From assembly GCA_045568075.1 (NCBI GenBank), contig JBJLBP010000001.1:120001-152000 (forward strand): 32,000 nt of DNA, in the 5' to 3' direction. This document shows positions 1-6,929 of the stretch, one piece after another. A program made the translations under genes and the position numbers. Every line of letters begins with the position of its first letter. Position 1 is the first letter of the stretch. This DNA is from Candidatus Thalassarchaeaceae archaeon. Its GTDB lineage: Archaea; Thermoplasmatota; Poseidoniia; Poseidoniales; Thalassarchaeaceae. The notes under the pieces are model-generated. The model was not told the DNA's origin and searched no databases. It saw only the letters and a program-made list of their open reading frames with translations.

Positions 1-1
1 C

Positions 2-25
2 ATTGAGTGAGTAAGATTACTCAAT
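2..25 (-). terminator. Inverted repeat (7-bp arms, 10-nt spacer) just 3' of the eno stop; possible transcript-end hairpin
   Basis: Read directly: 2-8 attgagt and 19-25 actcaat are reverse complements. The repeat lies 4 nt downstream of the minus-strand eno stop (29-31). It touches the window edge and its function is not demonstrable from sequence. Confidence 0.2.
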
Positions 26-28
26 CAA

Positions 29-1270
29 TCAAAACAGATTCGCGTAAGTGCTACACTTCTCGCTTATTCTGAGTAGTTGATTGTACTTCGCTGTCCTGTC
101 TGATCTTGCTGGAGCTCCTGTTTTAATTTGTCCAGCATCAGTTCCAACAGCAATGTCTGAGATGATTGAGTCTGCGGTTTCTCCTGAGCGATGGCTGATG
201 ATTGTGCCAAGGCCGGCAGCCTTTGCCATCGCGATTACCTCGAGCGTCTCTGATACCGTTCCAATCTGATTGAGTTTGATGAGAATCGCATTCGAAGCGC
301 CCATCGCAATACCTTGAGCGAACCGCTCGGGATTAGTCACATACAGATCGTCACCAACGACCTGAACCCTGTGTCCTTCACGCTGGGTGAATTCTACCCA
401 AGAGTCCCAATCGTCCTCACCGAATGGGTCTTCGATCGAGACGATTGGATAATCATCGAGCCAAGCAGAGTATAGTCGTCCCAATTCGGAGCCACTCATC
501 ACCCCGCCATCGATGTGGTAACCATCCTCATGGAGGAATTCTTGGCTCGCCACATCCAAAGCAATCGAGACCTGTTCGCCAGGAAGATAGCCAGCTCCTG
601 AAATCGCATCTACAACAAAGCGCAGGCCCTCCTCATTTCGAGGTAGGTTAGGTGCAAAGCCTCCTTCGTCGCCAACTCCACCAAGTAATCCAGCATCTTT
701 GAGCACGGCGCGCAGTGAGTGATAGATTTCCACGCCAGCACGCAGAGCCTCTGGGTAAGAATCGAAGCCGTGTGGTACAACCATGAATTCCTGCACATCA
801 ACATTCGAATTTGCGTGAGCCCCGCCATTGAGGATATTCATCAACGGCACAGGTAGACTGGCCGAGCCATCGGAGAGGTGTTGCCAAATCTCGCCATCGC
901 CGACTGTTGCCCTTAGACAAGCCATAGAGGCCCCGAGCATTGCATTAGCGCCGATGTCGCCCTTGTTTGGTGTAGAGTCGAGAGCTAGCATTGCGGCGTC
1001 GACTGCGCCTTGATCGCTAGCATCCATTCCGACTAGAGCATCAGCGATTCGCCCGTTGACATTTGCAACTGCTCCGTCGACGCCTTTGCCGGCCCAGCGG
1101 TCGCCACCATCGCGCAATTCGACAGCTTCGTGACGGCCAGTGCTAGCTCCAGAAGGAACCATTGCTCGGCCTAGTGTTCCGTCTTCGGTAACGCAGTCAA
1201 CCTCGACTGTTGGGTTACCACGAGAGTCGAGGACCATTCTTCCGTGGACGCGCGAGATGCGGGTGCCCAT
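29..1270 (-). CDS. eno: Enolase (phosphopyruvate hydratase)
   Basis: Hallmark enolase motifs are present: 'ISRVHGRMVLDSRGNPTVEVD', 'SGASTGRHEAVELRDG', 'LMNILNGGAHA', 'SHRSGETAD', 'IKTGAPARSDRTAKYNQLLRI'. The track start at 1300 is TTG. The ATG at 1270 (cat at 1268-1270) gives the canonical N-terminus 'MGTRISRVHG'. Confidence 0.96.
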   Translation of the reverse strand: MGTRISRVHGRMVLDSRGNPTVEVDCVTEDGTLGRAMVPSGASTGRHEAVELRDGGDRWAGKGVDGAVANVNGRIADALVGMDASDQGAVDAAMLALDSTPNKGDIGANAMLGASMACLRATVGDGEIWQHLSDGSASLPVPLMNILNGGAHANSNVDVQEFMVVPHGFDSYPEALRAGVEIYHSLRAVLKDAGLLGGVGDEGGFAPNLPRNEEGLRFVVDAISGAGYLPGEQVSIALDVASQEFLHEDGYHIDGGVMSGSELGRLYSAWLDDYPIVSIEDPFGEDDWDSWVEFTQREGHRVQVVGDDLYVTNPERFAQGIAMGASNAILIKLNQIGTVSETLEVIAMAKAAGLGTIISHRSGETADSIISDIAVGTDAGQIKTGAPARSDRTAKYNQLLRISEKCSTYANLF

Positions 1271-1413
1271 TGAACCGCCGACCGGCGGGTGCTTTCTCAA
1301 GATACCGCAATAATTTCACTACATAACTTGTCAAAGAAACCAGTTTAATCCAAAAATAATTTGTATATTACAAAACATTATAGTAAGATACCTATTCCGC
1401 TAGGGTGAGCAAC

Positions 1414-1662
1414 ATGGCACTGGAAGCACCCCAACTTGCAAAATTGCTGAAGCTAAGAGCGGTTGGATGGTCTCAACAAGAGATTGCGGATGCGATTGGA
1501 ACTTCGCAACAAGTCGTCGCTTACCAGCTGAAGAAATTGAAGGAAGAATCTCTGAAGAAAGATCCGGAAGAGGTGTTCAGTACTGCCATAATGGGCGGGA
1601 TTGCAATCGGTGCTGGATTAGGTGCTGCTGCAATGATGTTTGCTCAACTATTGAAGAAGTGA
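1414..1662 (+). CDS. Small helix-turn-helix protein with a C-terminal transmembrane helix (membrane-tethered HTH), function unknown
   Basis: 'GWSQQEIADAIGTSQQVVAYQLKKLKE' is a classic HTH of the sigma70-region-4/LuxR/resolvase type. The C-terminal 'AIMGGIAIGAGLGAAAMMFAQLL' is a Gly/Ala-rich hydrophobic helix followed by KK. The ATG at 1414 is preceded by agGGTGA. The track start is a GTG at 1405. Confidence 0.7.
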   Translation: MALEAPQLAKLLKLRAVGWSQQEIADAIGTSQQVVAYQLKKLKEESLKKDPEEVFSTAIMGGIAIGAGLGAAAMMFAQLLKK

Positions 1663-1663
1663 T
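1649..1663. repeat. Left copy of a 15-bp perfect direct repeat TATTGAAGAAGTGAT
   Basis: Read directly: it is identical to 2001-2015. Similarity continues with one indel (atttgg versus tttgtgg). This copy covers the last codons and the stop of the HTH gene (LLKK*). Confidence 0.9.
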
Positions 1664-1678
1664 ATTTGGAGGAATAAA

Positions 1679-1990
1679 ATGACGAACACGTATGAAGAAA
1701 TGAATCGAAGAATAGAGAATGGAGAGTTTGGCACACCGCCGGACCCGAATCTATTGCACCAAGCATGGGCCAACGAGCATGAGAGAGATATTGCGAATAG
1801 AGGGAGTAAGTCTGTTTACCATGGGGTTTGCTCTCTTTGGGAAGACAAAGGAAAGGTCCTGCTATCTGGGAGGACGCAGGAAGAAACCATAGTCCCGGCT
1901 GGTGTCAAAGTTCTGGTTTTAAGGAAGGATCCTGAGCCTGGAACGCGGCAACCTAACGCTAGTATTGTTTACGTTACTTACGAAGACTGA
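1679..1990 (+). CDS. Hypothetical protein (103 aa)
   Basis: Uninterrupted ORF with a GGAGG 5 nt upstream of the ATG. I recognise no motif. It is bracketed by the 15-bp direct repeat. Confidence 0.6.
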   Translation: MTNTYEEMNRRIENGEFGTPPDPNLLHQAWANEHERDIANRGSKSVYHGVCSLWEDKGKVLLSGRTQEETIVPAGVKVLVLRKDPEPGTRQPNASIVYVTYED

Positions 1991-2000
1991 GTTATTCAGT

Positions 2001-2015
2001 TATTGAAGAAGTGAT
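2001..2015. repeat. Right copy of the 15-bp perfect direct repeat TATTGAAGAAGTGAT
   Basis: Read directly: it is identical to 1649-1663, 352 bp away. It lies immediately upstream of the GIY-YIG-like stub. Confidence 0.9.
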
Positions 2016-2018
2016 TTT

Positions 2019-2099
2019 GTGGTCGATATCTACGTCCTGGAATGTGAGGGCGGTAAATTCTACGTCGGAGGAGATGATTCACTCGTTCAGCCAGGATAG
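2019..2099 (+). pseudogene. Truncated GIY-YIG (URI-type) nuclease N-terminal stub, 26 codons
   Basis: My hand translation from the GTG at 2019 gives 'VVDIYVLECEGGKFYVGGDDSLVQPG*'. 'IYVLEC..G.FYVG' matches the first half of the GIY-(9-11 aa)-Y[IV]G motif, as in 'YILECSDGSYYTGYT'. A stop follows at 2097-2099, and I found no continuation of the domain in any plus frame. Confidence 0.35.
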
Positions 2100-2549
2100 C
2101 CAACGAGCAACCACATTCTGAACACCTGGAACTTCCATCTCAGATCTGCAACATCTCTCCCAAGCTAATTGTTCGCCCTTCGGAGTAATCGAGAATAATT
2201 CAGCCCGTAACAAAACTCCATCCGGAGAGTCGCATTTACTTCGATTATCGTCAATAAAACAATGTATCAAATTCTTGGGGAAATGGTGCATCTTACCTGA
2301 CTCTGGGCAGCACAACATTACACTGCGCTCGAGGAAAAGTAGCGATGATCCTGAGGACTCGTCAACCTCGTGTCCTATGATGCGAGTATCCGAGAGCATG
2401 TTGGCAACATCGACATTGTACCATTGGGTTTGATCGGGTGAGATGTTGAGTCTTGACACGTCATCAAGATATTGCTGAACCTTCAGTTGGGTGTATCCCT
2501 CATCCACGCCCATCGAACACTTACAAAACGGCGACCCATTTGAATGCAA
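2079..2549 (-). CDS. Hypothetical Cys-rich protein (156 aa)
   Basis: It is the only long ORF across 2.08-2.55 kb; the plus frames are closed. It contains C-x-C, two CC pairs and several His, so metal binding is possible. I recognise no family. The region is AT-rich. Confidence 0.5.
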   Translation of the reverse strand: MHSNGSPFCKCSMGVDEGYTQLKVQQYLDDVSRLNISPDQTQWYNVDVANMLSDTRIIGHEVDESSGSSLLFLERSVMLCCPESGKMHHFPKNLIHCFIDDNRSKCDSPDGVLLRAELFSITPKGEQLAWERCCRSEMEVPGVQNVVARWLSWLNE

Positions 2550-2656
2550 CTTTACATTTTAATTATGAAATTATCCGAATTCCGGAAAAAAATCATAGTT
2601 CATTTTGTGACAATAAGCACCTAACATACAAATAGGGTTCCCAAATCGGAAGGCCC

Positions 2657-3079
2657 ATGCTTGCCGTAGACTCACTTGACAGATCGATTCTCGCCGTCCT
2701 TCGCGAGTCCGCTAGAGCGCCTTTCGTAGAGATCGCGAAGAAGGTCGGAGTTACTGAAAGAACCGTCCGTACACGCATGAAGCGCATGGAAGAAGATGGA
2801 GTTGTGCGCGGGTACACAATCCGCGAAGCTGGCATCGGTTTGACTGCTCTTGTTCGCATTAAGGTGGGTCCAGGAACTGAAATCGGTACCCTCGCTGGCG
2901 AGTTCGCTGGATGGGAAGGCGTCGAGTGCGTCTACGAGATTTCTGGCGACGCTGATTTGATTGGAATTGTTCACATCGATGATACGGTCGCACTTCGCGA
3001 TTTGCTCGATCGAATGTGGCTCACCGCACCCGGCGACATCACATCGACTCAGACCGAATTAGTCCTCGAACAGTACTGA
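2657..3079 (+). CDS. Lrp/AsnC family transcriptional regulator
   Basis: N-terminal winged HTH 'LDRSILAVLRESARAPFVEIAKKVGVTERTVRTRMKRMEEDGVVRGYT' followed by a RAM/ACT-like C-terminal domain. The length of 140 aa is typical. Confidence 0.92.
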   Translation: MLAVDSLDRSILAVLRESARAPFVEIAKKVGVTERTVRTRMKRMEEDGVVRGYTIREAGIGLTALVRIKVGPGTEIGTLAGEFAGWEGVECVYEISGDADLIGIVHIDDTVALRDLLDRMWLTAPGDITSTQTELVLEQY

Positions 3080-3937
3080 TTACGGCTTGCGCATCAAGTG
3101 CCTGTGATAGGCCATTGAGCCACTAACAAATCCCTCATAGACGGGAGTTCCTTTGACTCCGGCAAATGTTTCAAAACTACGACGGACAGATTTTGGCACC
3201 TTTTCTTCGATTGCTTTCATCTTCGTCTCGTTGATTTCGTCAAGTGCTCTGATAACCTCTTGAACAACATCTGCTGATTCAACAATTTCGAATCCTCTCG
3301 ATTCGAATAAGGCTGGGAGTGAAGCCATGGTTTTGGCATCTCGGAGATCTGTCCAACAAAACATCCCACCAGGCTTGAGAACACGGTATGCTTGCTCTAC
3401 GAATGCACCCATGTCACCGTAGCAGTGTGACGATTCCACATTGTATACAACGTCGAAGGATTCGTTTTCAAAAGGTAAGTCCTGTGCATTACCTTCGATG
3501 AACTGAAGGTTGGTTTGAGCGGAATACCATCGCTTGCAATGGCCGACTGCTTCTGCTGAGAAATCAACTCCAGTAAGTTTGGCAGGAGTGTGTGTCTTCG
3601 CTATCCAACTGGCTCCACCTCCCCGCCCAGATCCTACTTCGAGGACTTGTTTTCCTTCGAGATCGACTCCTCGAATGTTCATCGAGTATAGTTGTATGAA
3701 CATTCGATTAGGCTCATCATCAGAATCTAACTCAGGCCCGTTATCATCTTCGAATCCATAATTCATGAATCGAAAATCGGATTCGTCGTTTGCCTTGGCT
3801 AATTTCTGATACCACCATTTCCACATTCGGTTCTGTAACCGGCCTGGTGCTAGGCGCAGCATGGTCACGAAAAATCGAGCGGGTAGCCCCATTTTCTTGG
3901 GAGATGCGACGTGCATGTGAGCACCTATTGCTTCCAT
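3080..3937 (-). CDS. Class I SAM-dependent methyltransferase (resembles the Rv2952-type O-methyltransferase family)
   Basis: SAM motif I 'VLEVGSGRGGGASW'. From memory, 'MWKWWY', 'DEPNR', 'GKQVLEV..G.GGGAS' and 'VESSHCY' parallel the mycobacterial Rv2952 family. The start is uncertain: internal ATGs at 3916 or 3892 would remove the 13-bp overlap with the upstream gene. Confidence 0.85.
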   Translation of the reverse strand: MEAIGAHMHVASPKKMGLPARFFVTMLRLAPGRLQNRMWKWWYQKLAKANDESDFRFMNYGFEDDNGPELDSDDEPNRMFIQLYSMNIRGVDLEGKQVLEVGSGRGGGASWIAKTHTPAKLTGVDFSAEAVGHCKRWYSAQTNLQFIEGNAQDLPFENESFDVVYNVESSHCYGDMGAFVEQAYRVLKPGGMFCWTDLRDAKTMASLPALFESRGFEIVESADVVQEVIRALDEINETKMKAIEEKVPKSVRRSFETFAGVKGTPVYEGFVSGSMAYHRHLMRKP

Positions 3938-4479
3938 TTGACTGAGCAGCCGATTGAATCGGTACGAGGATTTGCGATTGCCCCGCCGAATGCAAGAGCG
4001 TCCATCGCTTCTGCAAGCTCTGCCGTTGTGGCTTCCATCGGATTGCGTGGTGCGTCATCGAGGCGGCCACGGTAAACCACTGTGCCGTCGCCATCAAGTA
4101 GGTAGAATTCGGGTGTGCGTTCGGCGCCGTATGAATGGGCAATTTCCTGTGAGGCGTCGTGGAGGTAGGCGTAGGTCATTCCCTTGCCAGCGCGTTTGAC
4201 CATAGAGTCCCAGTTGTCCGATTCGTAGACAATTGGGTCATTCGAATTAATGCCGACAAAACCCATGTCCAAACCTCTGGCTTTGTTTGCTATAGCCTCT
4301 ATTCGTTCCTCGGAGCCAACCACATATGGGCAGTGATTGCAAGTGAACAAGACGACTGTCCCAGAGGCTCGGGAAACGTCGCTGAGACTCATCTCTTCAG
4401 CGCCAGCTGAACTGTTGGCATTCGGTAGGTGAAAGTCGGGCGCTGCATCCCCTGGTTCTATTCCTCGTGGTCCGGGCAT
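3925..4479 (-). CDS. Thioredoxin-fold thiol-disulfide oxidoreductase (redoxin/AhpC-TSA-like)
   Basis: CxxC motif 'FTCNHCPYV' in a redoxin-like context ('PDFHLPN...', 'RTPEFYLLDGDGTVVYRGRLDD'). I trimmed the start to the ATG at 4479 (cat 4477-4479). The track extension to 4641 would overlap the TPR gene's 3' end. Confidence 0.85.
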   Translation of the reverse strand: MPGPRGIEPGDAAPDFHLPNANSSAGAEEMSLSDVSRASGTVVLFTCNHCPYVVGSEERIEAIANKARGLDMGFVGINSNDPIVYESDNWDSMVKRAGKGMTYAYLHDASQEIAHSYGAERTPEFYLLDGDGTVVYRGRLDDAPRNPMEATTAELAEAMDALAFGGAIANPRTDSIGCSVKWKQ

Positions 4480-4504
4480 ATGTGGGCCAAGACGGGGTAG
4501 GCGT

Positions 4505-6802
4505 TCAATCCTGCGTATGCAGGTTGGGTGATGTTGATTCCATTCTCTCGCGCGATTCTTCGAGTCTTCTGCGCGCCACTTGGTGTTCGGGGTCAACATT
4601 GAGGACGTCGCGCCAGGCTGCCATCGCCTTGGCTGGATCACCGCGATCGTGCAGAATCGCGGCGGTCCTCAACCGTGCATCGAGGTGGTGAGCATCGACT
4701 GCGGCGGCGCTCTTGAAGTCGGAGAATGCTTCTTCGATACGGCCGAAATCGAGGTATAGCAAGCCACGTTGGTACCACGCATCGGAATGCTCTGGGTCGA
4801 TTTGCAGGGCCTTGTTGAGGGGGACTTCTGCTTGCTCGGCACGGTCCATTGCATTGAGGCAAGTGCCGAGATGGACGAGCGCCATTACGTGCTGTGGATT
4901 GCGCTCGGAGAGACGGCGGAGTTCTGCTTCAGCCTCAGCCCAATCTGAGAGATTCATCAGAACCTCAGCCCGACGTTGCCGAGCCATGTCAAAGTCGGGG
5001 CGTTGCTCTACGAGCAAATTCGCATCGTCTAGGGCGAGAGCGAGGTCTTCGCGAAGTAAGGCTGCAGAGCATCGGTTGAGGCGAGCGCGGGTGTGATTCG
5101 CATCTCTCTCAAGCACCTTAGTGAACATGCTGAGTGCCTCAGAAATTCGTCCTTGACGAGCTGCAATAAGGCCGCGAACATAGGGGATTGAAGGGTGATT
5201 GTGGAGATTGGTACCTGCCTCAGCCAGCATCGTGTTGGCTTGGTCGTAGCGACCCATCTCGAGGAAGAGGCGGGCGCTCTCTAGAGGGATGGAAGGGTGG
5301 TCTGGAATGAGGCGACGTGCTCGAACTATAGCAATCTCAGCCTCGTCATGATAGCCTTGGTAACGCAAGGTCCGTGATCGCCCTAACCAAGCCAAGCCAG
5401 ACTCTCTGTCGTGCTCTATCGCCTCGTTGAAAGCAGTCAGGGCTTGAAGCAGAACCATCTCGTCATGAGTCCCGGTCTCGTCCAAGTGCTGGTCAGCATC
5501 TTCGAGATGGAGTCGTCCGTCCATGACGTGCAGAGCCGCGCTCTCCCAGGAGAGTTCGGAGGCCTCATTGAGGACATTACGAGCCCACTCTGGTGAGCCG
5601 GCCCTGAGCAGGATTAGAGCGAGTCTACCGCGCGCTTCTGCATCGCCAGGGTCGTTCTCGAGATGCTTCTCTAGGACTTCGCGCGCAGCGTCGAGGCGGC
5701 CATCATTCTCGAGAATCTCCGCCTCGAGTAGAATGCCGTATTCACCCAGAGCGACCGCACGACGGACGCTCTGAATGGCCTCGGATGTCTGGTCTTCGCC
5801 CGCAGCCAATAGCCTCGCATGCAGTAGCCATGCATCAGGGCTGGACTGGTCGAGCTCGAGGGCGTTCTCAACCGATTCGAGGGCGACGGGGACTTCGCCC
5901 AGTAGCATCAGTTTGGCCGCGCGCTCTGTCCAACCAGCAGCGCTGGTAGGTTCGCTGGAAATCGGATCGACCTCTGTGCGAATCTCATGCGCTCGACTCG
6001 CGAGGTCGGCAATACTCACCTCCTGCTCAGTTGCTGCATTATCGATGCCTAGGGCCTCTAGTCGGCGACGATTGCGGACTACCCTATCGATATCGGTTCC
6101 TGAAAGGAGGAGTGTTTGCTCTTGTAGCACTTCGACATCGTCGGGGTCGATTGCAAGCAATCTCTCCAAACTCCGATCGAGGGCCTCGACATCTCCATCT
6201 TCACGCTGGATAGTTGCCAAGGATCGTAGAGCCGAGGCATCCTCCGAACCTAGTTCATGAGCTCGACGATAACACTGAGCTGCTCGGTCCGTTCGCTTGA
6301 CGGCGTGGAATAATTCTCCCAGCCGCCGCTGTTCGGGACCGGTGAGTTCGAGATCTTCTGCGTGCATCTCAGCGGCGTCCAGCATCGCTGCCAGTCGCTC
6401 AACCAAAGGTGCTAGTCCCGCAGGTATCGCCATATCATCGTCTTCCTCAGTATCCTCTTGCCCGTCCAAAACAGCCCGAGCGGCATGAGTGGCGATTGCG
6501 CAAGACTCGGAGGAACTTACTCCCACCTCCTGTTCGAAAAGTAGTGATTCAGCCGTCTCCAATGAGCGATGCACACCGAGAAGGCCGTGTAATTCCGGTG
6601 TATCTCCAAACACCGTGTCGACGCCGCGTGAGAGCAAATCAAGTCGCTGCGTCGTCGCGTTCAAATCGCCTTCCAACGAGCCCACGCGGTCAGCGATGGA
6701 ATCTCTCTGGCGCAGAACCTGCTGGTGTCGTAGCCATAGGATTCCGATGGCCATACCCAACAGAGCGTATAGCGAGAGGATGCCCAAGGTGGACTGCTCC
6801 AT
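4505..6802 (-). CDS. Membrane-anchored TPR-repeat protein (765 aa)
   Basis: N-terminal hydrophobic helix 'LGILSLYALLGMAIGILWL', then a helical linker. Many 34-aa TPR-like units follow, for example 'AWYQRGLLYLDFGRIEEAFSDFKSAAAVDAHHLDA' and 'ALVHLGTCLNAMDRAEQAEVPLNKALQIDPEHSDA'. Confidence 0.85.
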   Translation of the reverse strand: MEQSTLGILSLYALLGMAIGILWLRHQQVLRQRDSIADRVGSLEGDLNATTQRLDLLSRGVDTVFGDTPELHGLLGVHRSLETAESLLFEQEVGVSSSESCAIATHAARAVLDGQEDTEEDDDMAIPAGLAPLVERLAAMLDAAEMHAEDLELTGPEQRRLGELFHAVKRTDRAAQCYRRAHELGSEDASALRSLATIQREDGDVEALDRSLERLLAIDPDDVEVLQEQTLLLSGTDIDRVVRNRRRLEALGIDNAATEQEVSIADLASRAHEIRTEVDPISSEPTSAAGWTERAAKLMLLGEVPVALESVENALELDQSSPDAWLLHARLLAAGEDQTSEAIQSVRRAVALGEYGILLEAEILENDGRLDAAREVLEKHLENDPGDAEARGRLALILLRAGSPEWARNVLNEASELSWESAALHVMDGRLHLEDADQHLDETGTHDEMVLLQALTAFNEAIEHDRESGLAWLGRSRTLRYQGYHDEAEIAIVRARRLIPDHPSIPLESARLFLEMGRYDQANTMLAEAGTNLHNHPSIPYVRGLIAARQGRISEALSMFTKVLERDANHTRARLNRCSAALLREDLALALDDANLLVEQRPDFDMARQRRAEVLMNLSDWAEAEAELRRLSERNPQHVMALVHLGTCLNAMDRAEQAEVPLNKALQIDPEHSDAWYQRGLLYLDFGRIEEAFSDFKSAAAVDAHHLDARLRTAAILHDRGDPAKAMAAWRDVLNVDPEHQVARRRLEESRERMESTSPNLHTQD

Positions 6803-6870
6803 CGCTCTCAGCGGACCTGTGGGCCTTTTGATGGCTTCGTCTGCAGAGTGCTTGCTGGCCGCCGATTACA

Positions 6871-6925
6871 GGCGGGACGTAGTCCCGCCGAAGCCAACGC
6901 ATTGACTTCGGCGAAATTGGCTTCG
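6871..6925 (-). terminator. Two abutting perfect hairpins downstream of dnaG
   Basis: Read directly. The first is GGCGGGAC-gta-GTCCCGCC at 6871-6889 (8-bp stem). The second is CGAAGCCAA at 6889-6897 pairing with TTGGCTTCG at 6917-6925 (9-bp stem, 19-nt loop). They begin 5 nt after the dnaG stop (6930-6932) on the transcribed strand. Confidence 0.3.
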
Positions 6926-6929
6926 TCGA

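Noticed and set aside
1467-1682. 71-aa Cys/Arg-rich ORF overlapping the HTH gene in another frame.
   Set aside because: It is fully nested in the better-supported HTH-TM frame and has an implausible composition.
2560-2600. Near-palindrome around the EcoRI-like site 'tccgaattccgga' upstream of lrp, considered as a possible operator.
   Set aside because: Only a 3-bp stem plus the GAATTC core is truly complementary, which is too weak to report as a site.
4638-6905. Many ORFs of 60-160 aa on both strands overlapping the TPR gene, for example 4713-5096, 5775-6260, 6409-6831 and 6489-6905.
   Set aside because: They are Ser/Arg/Ala/Pro-rich, low-complexity translations typical of off-frame or antisense readings of GC-rich coding DNA. 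The 765-aa TPR frame explains the region.
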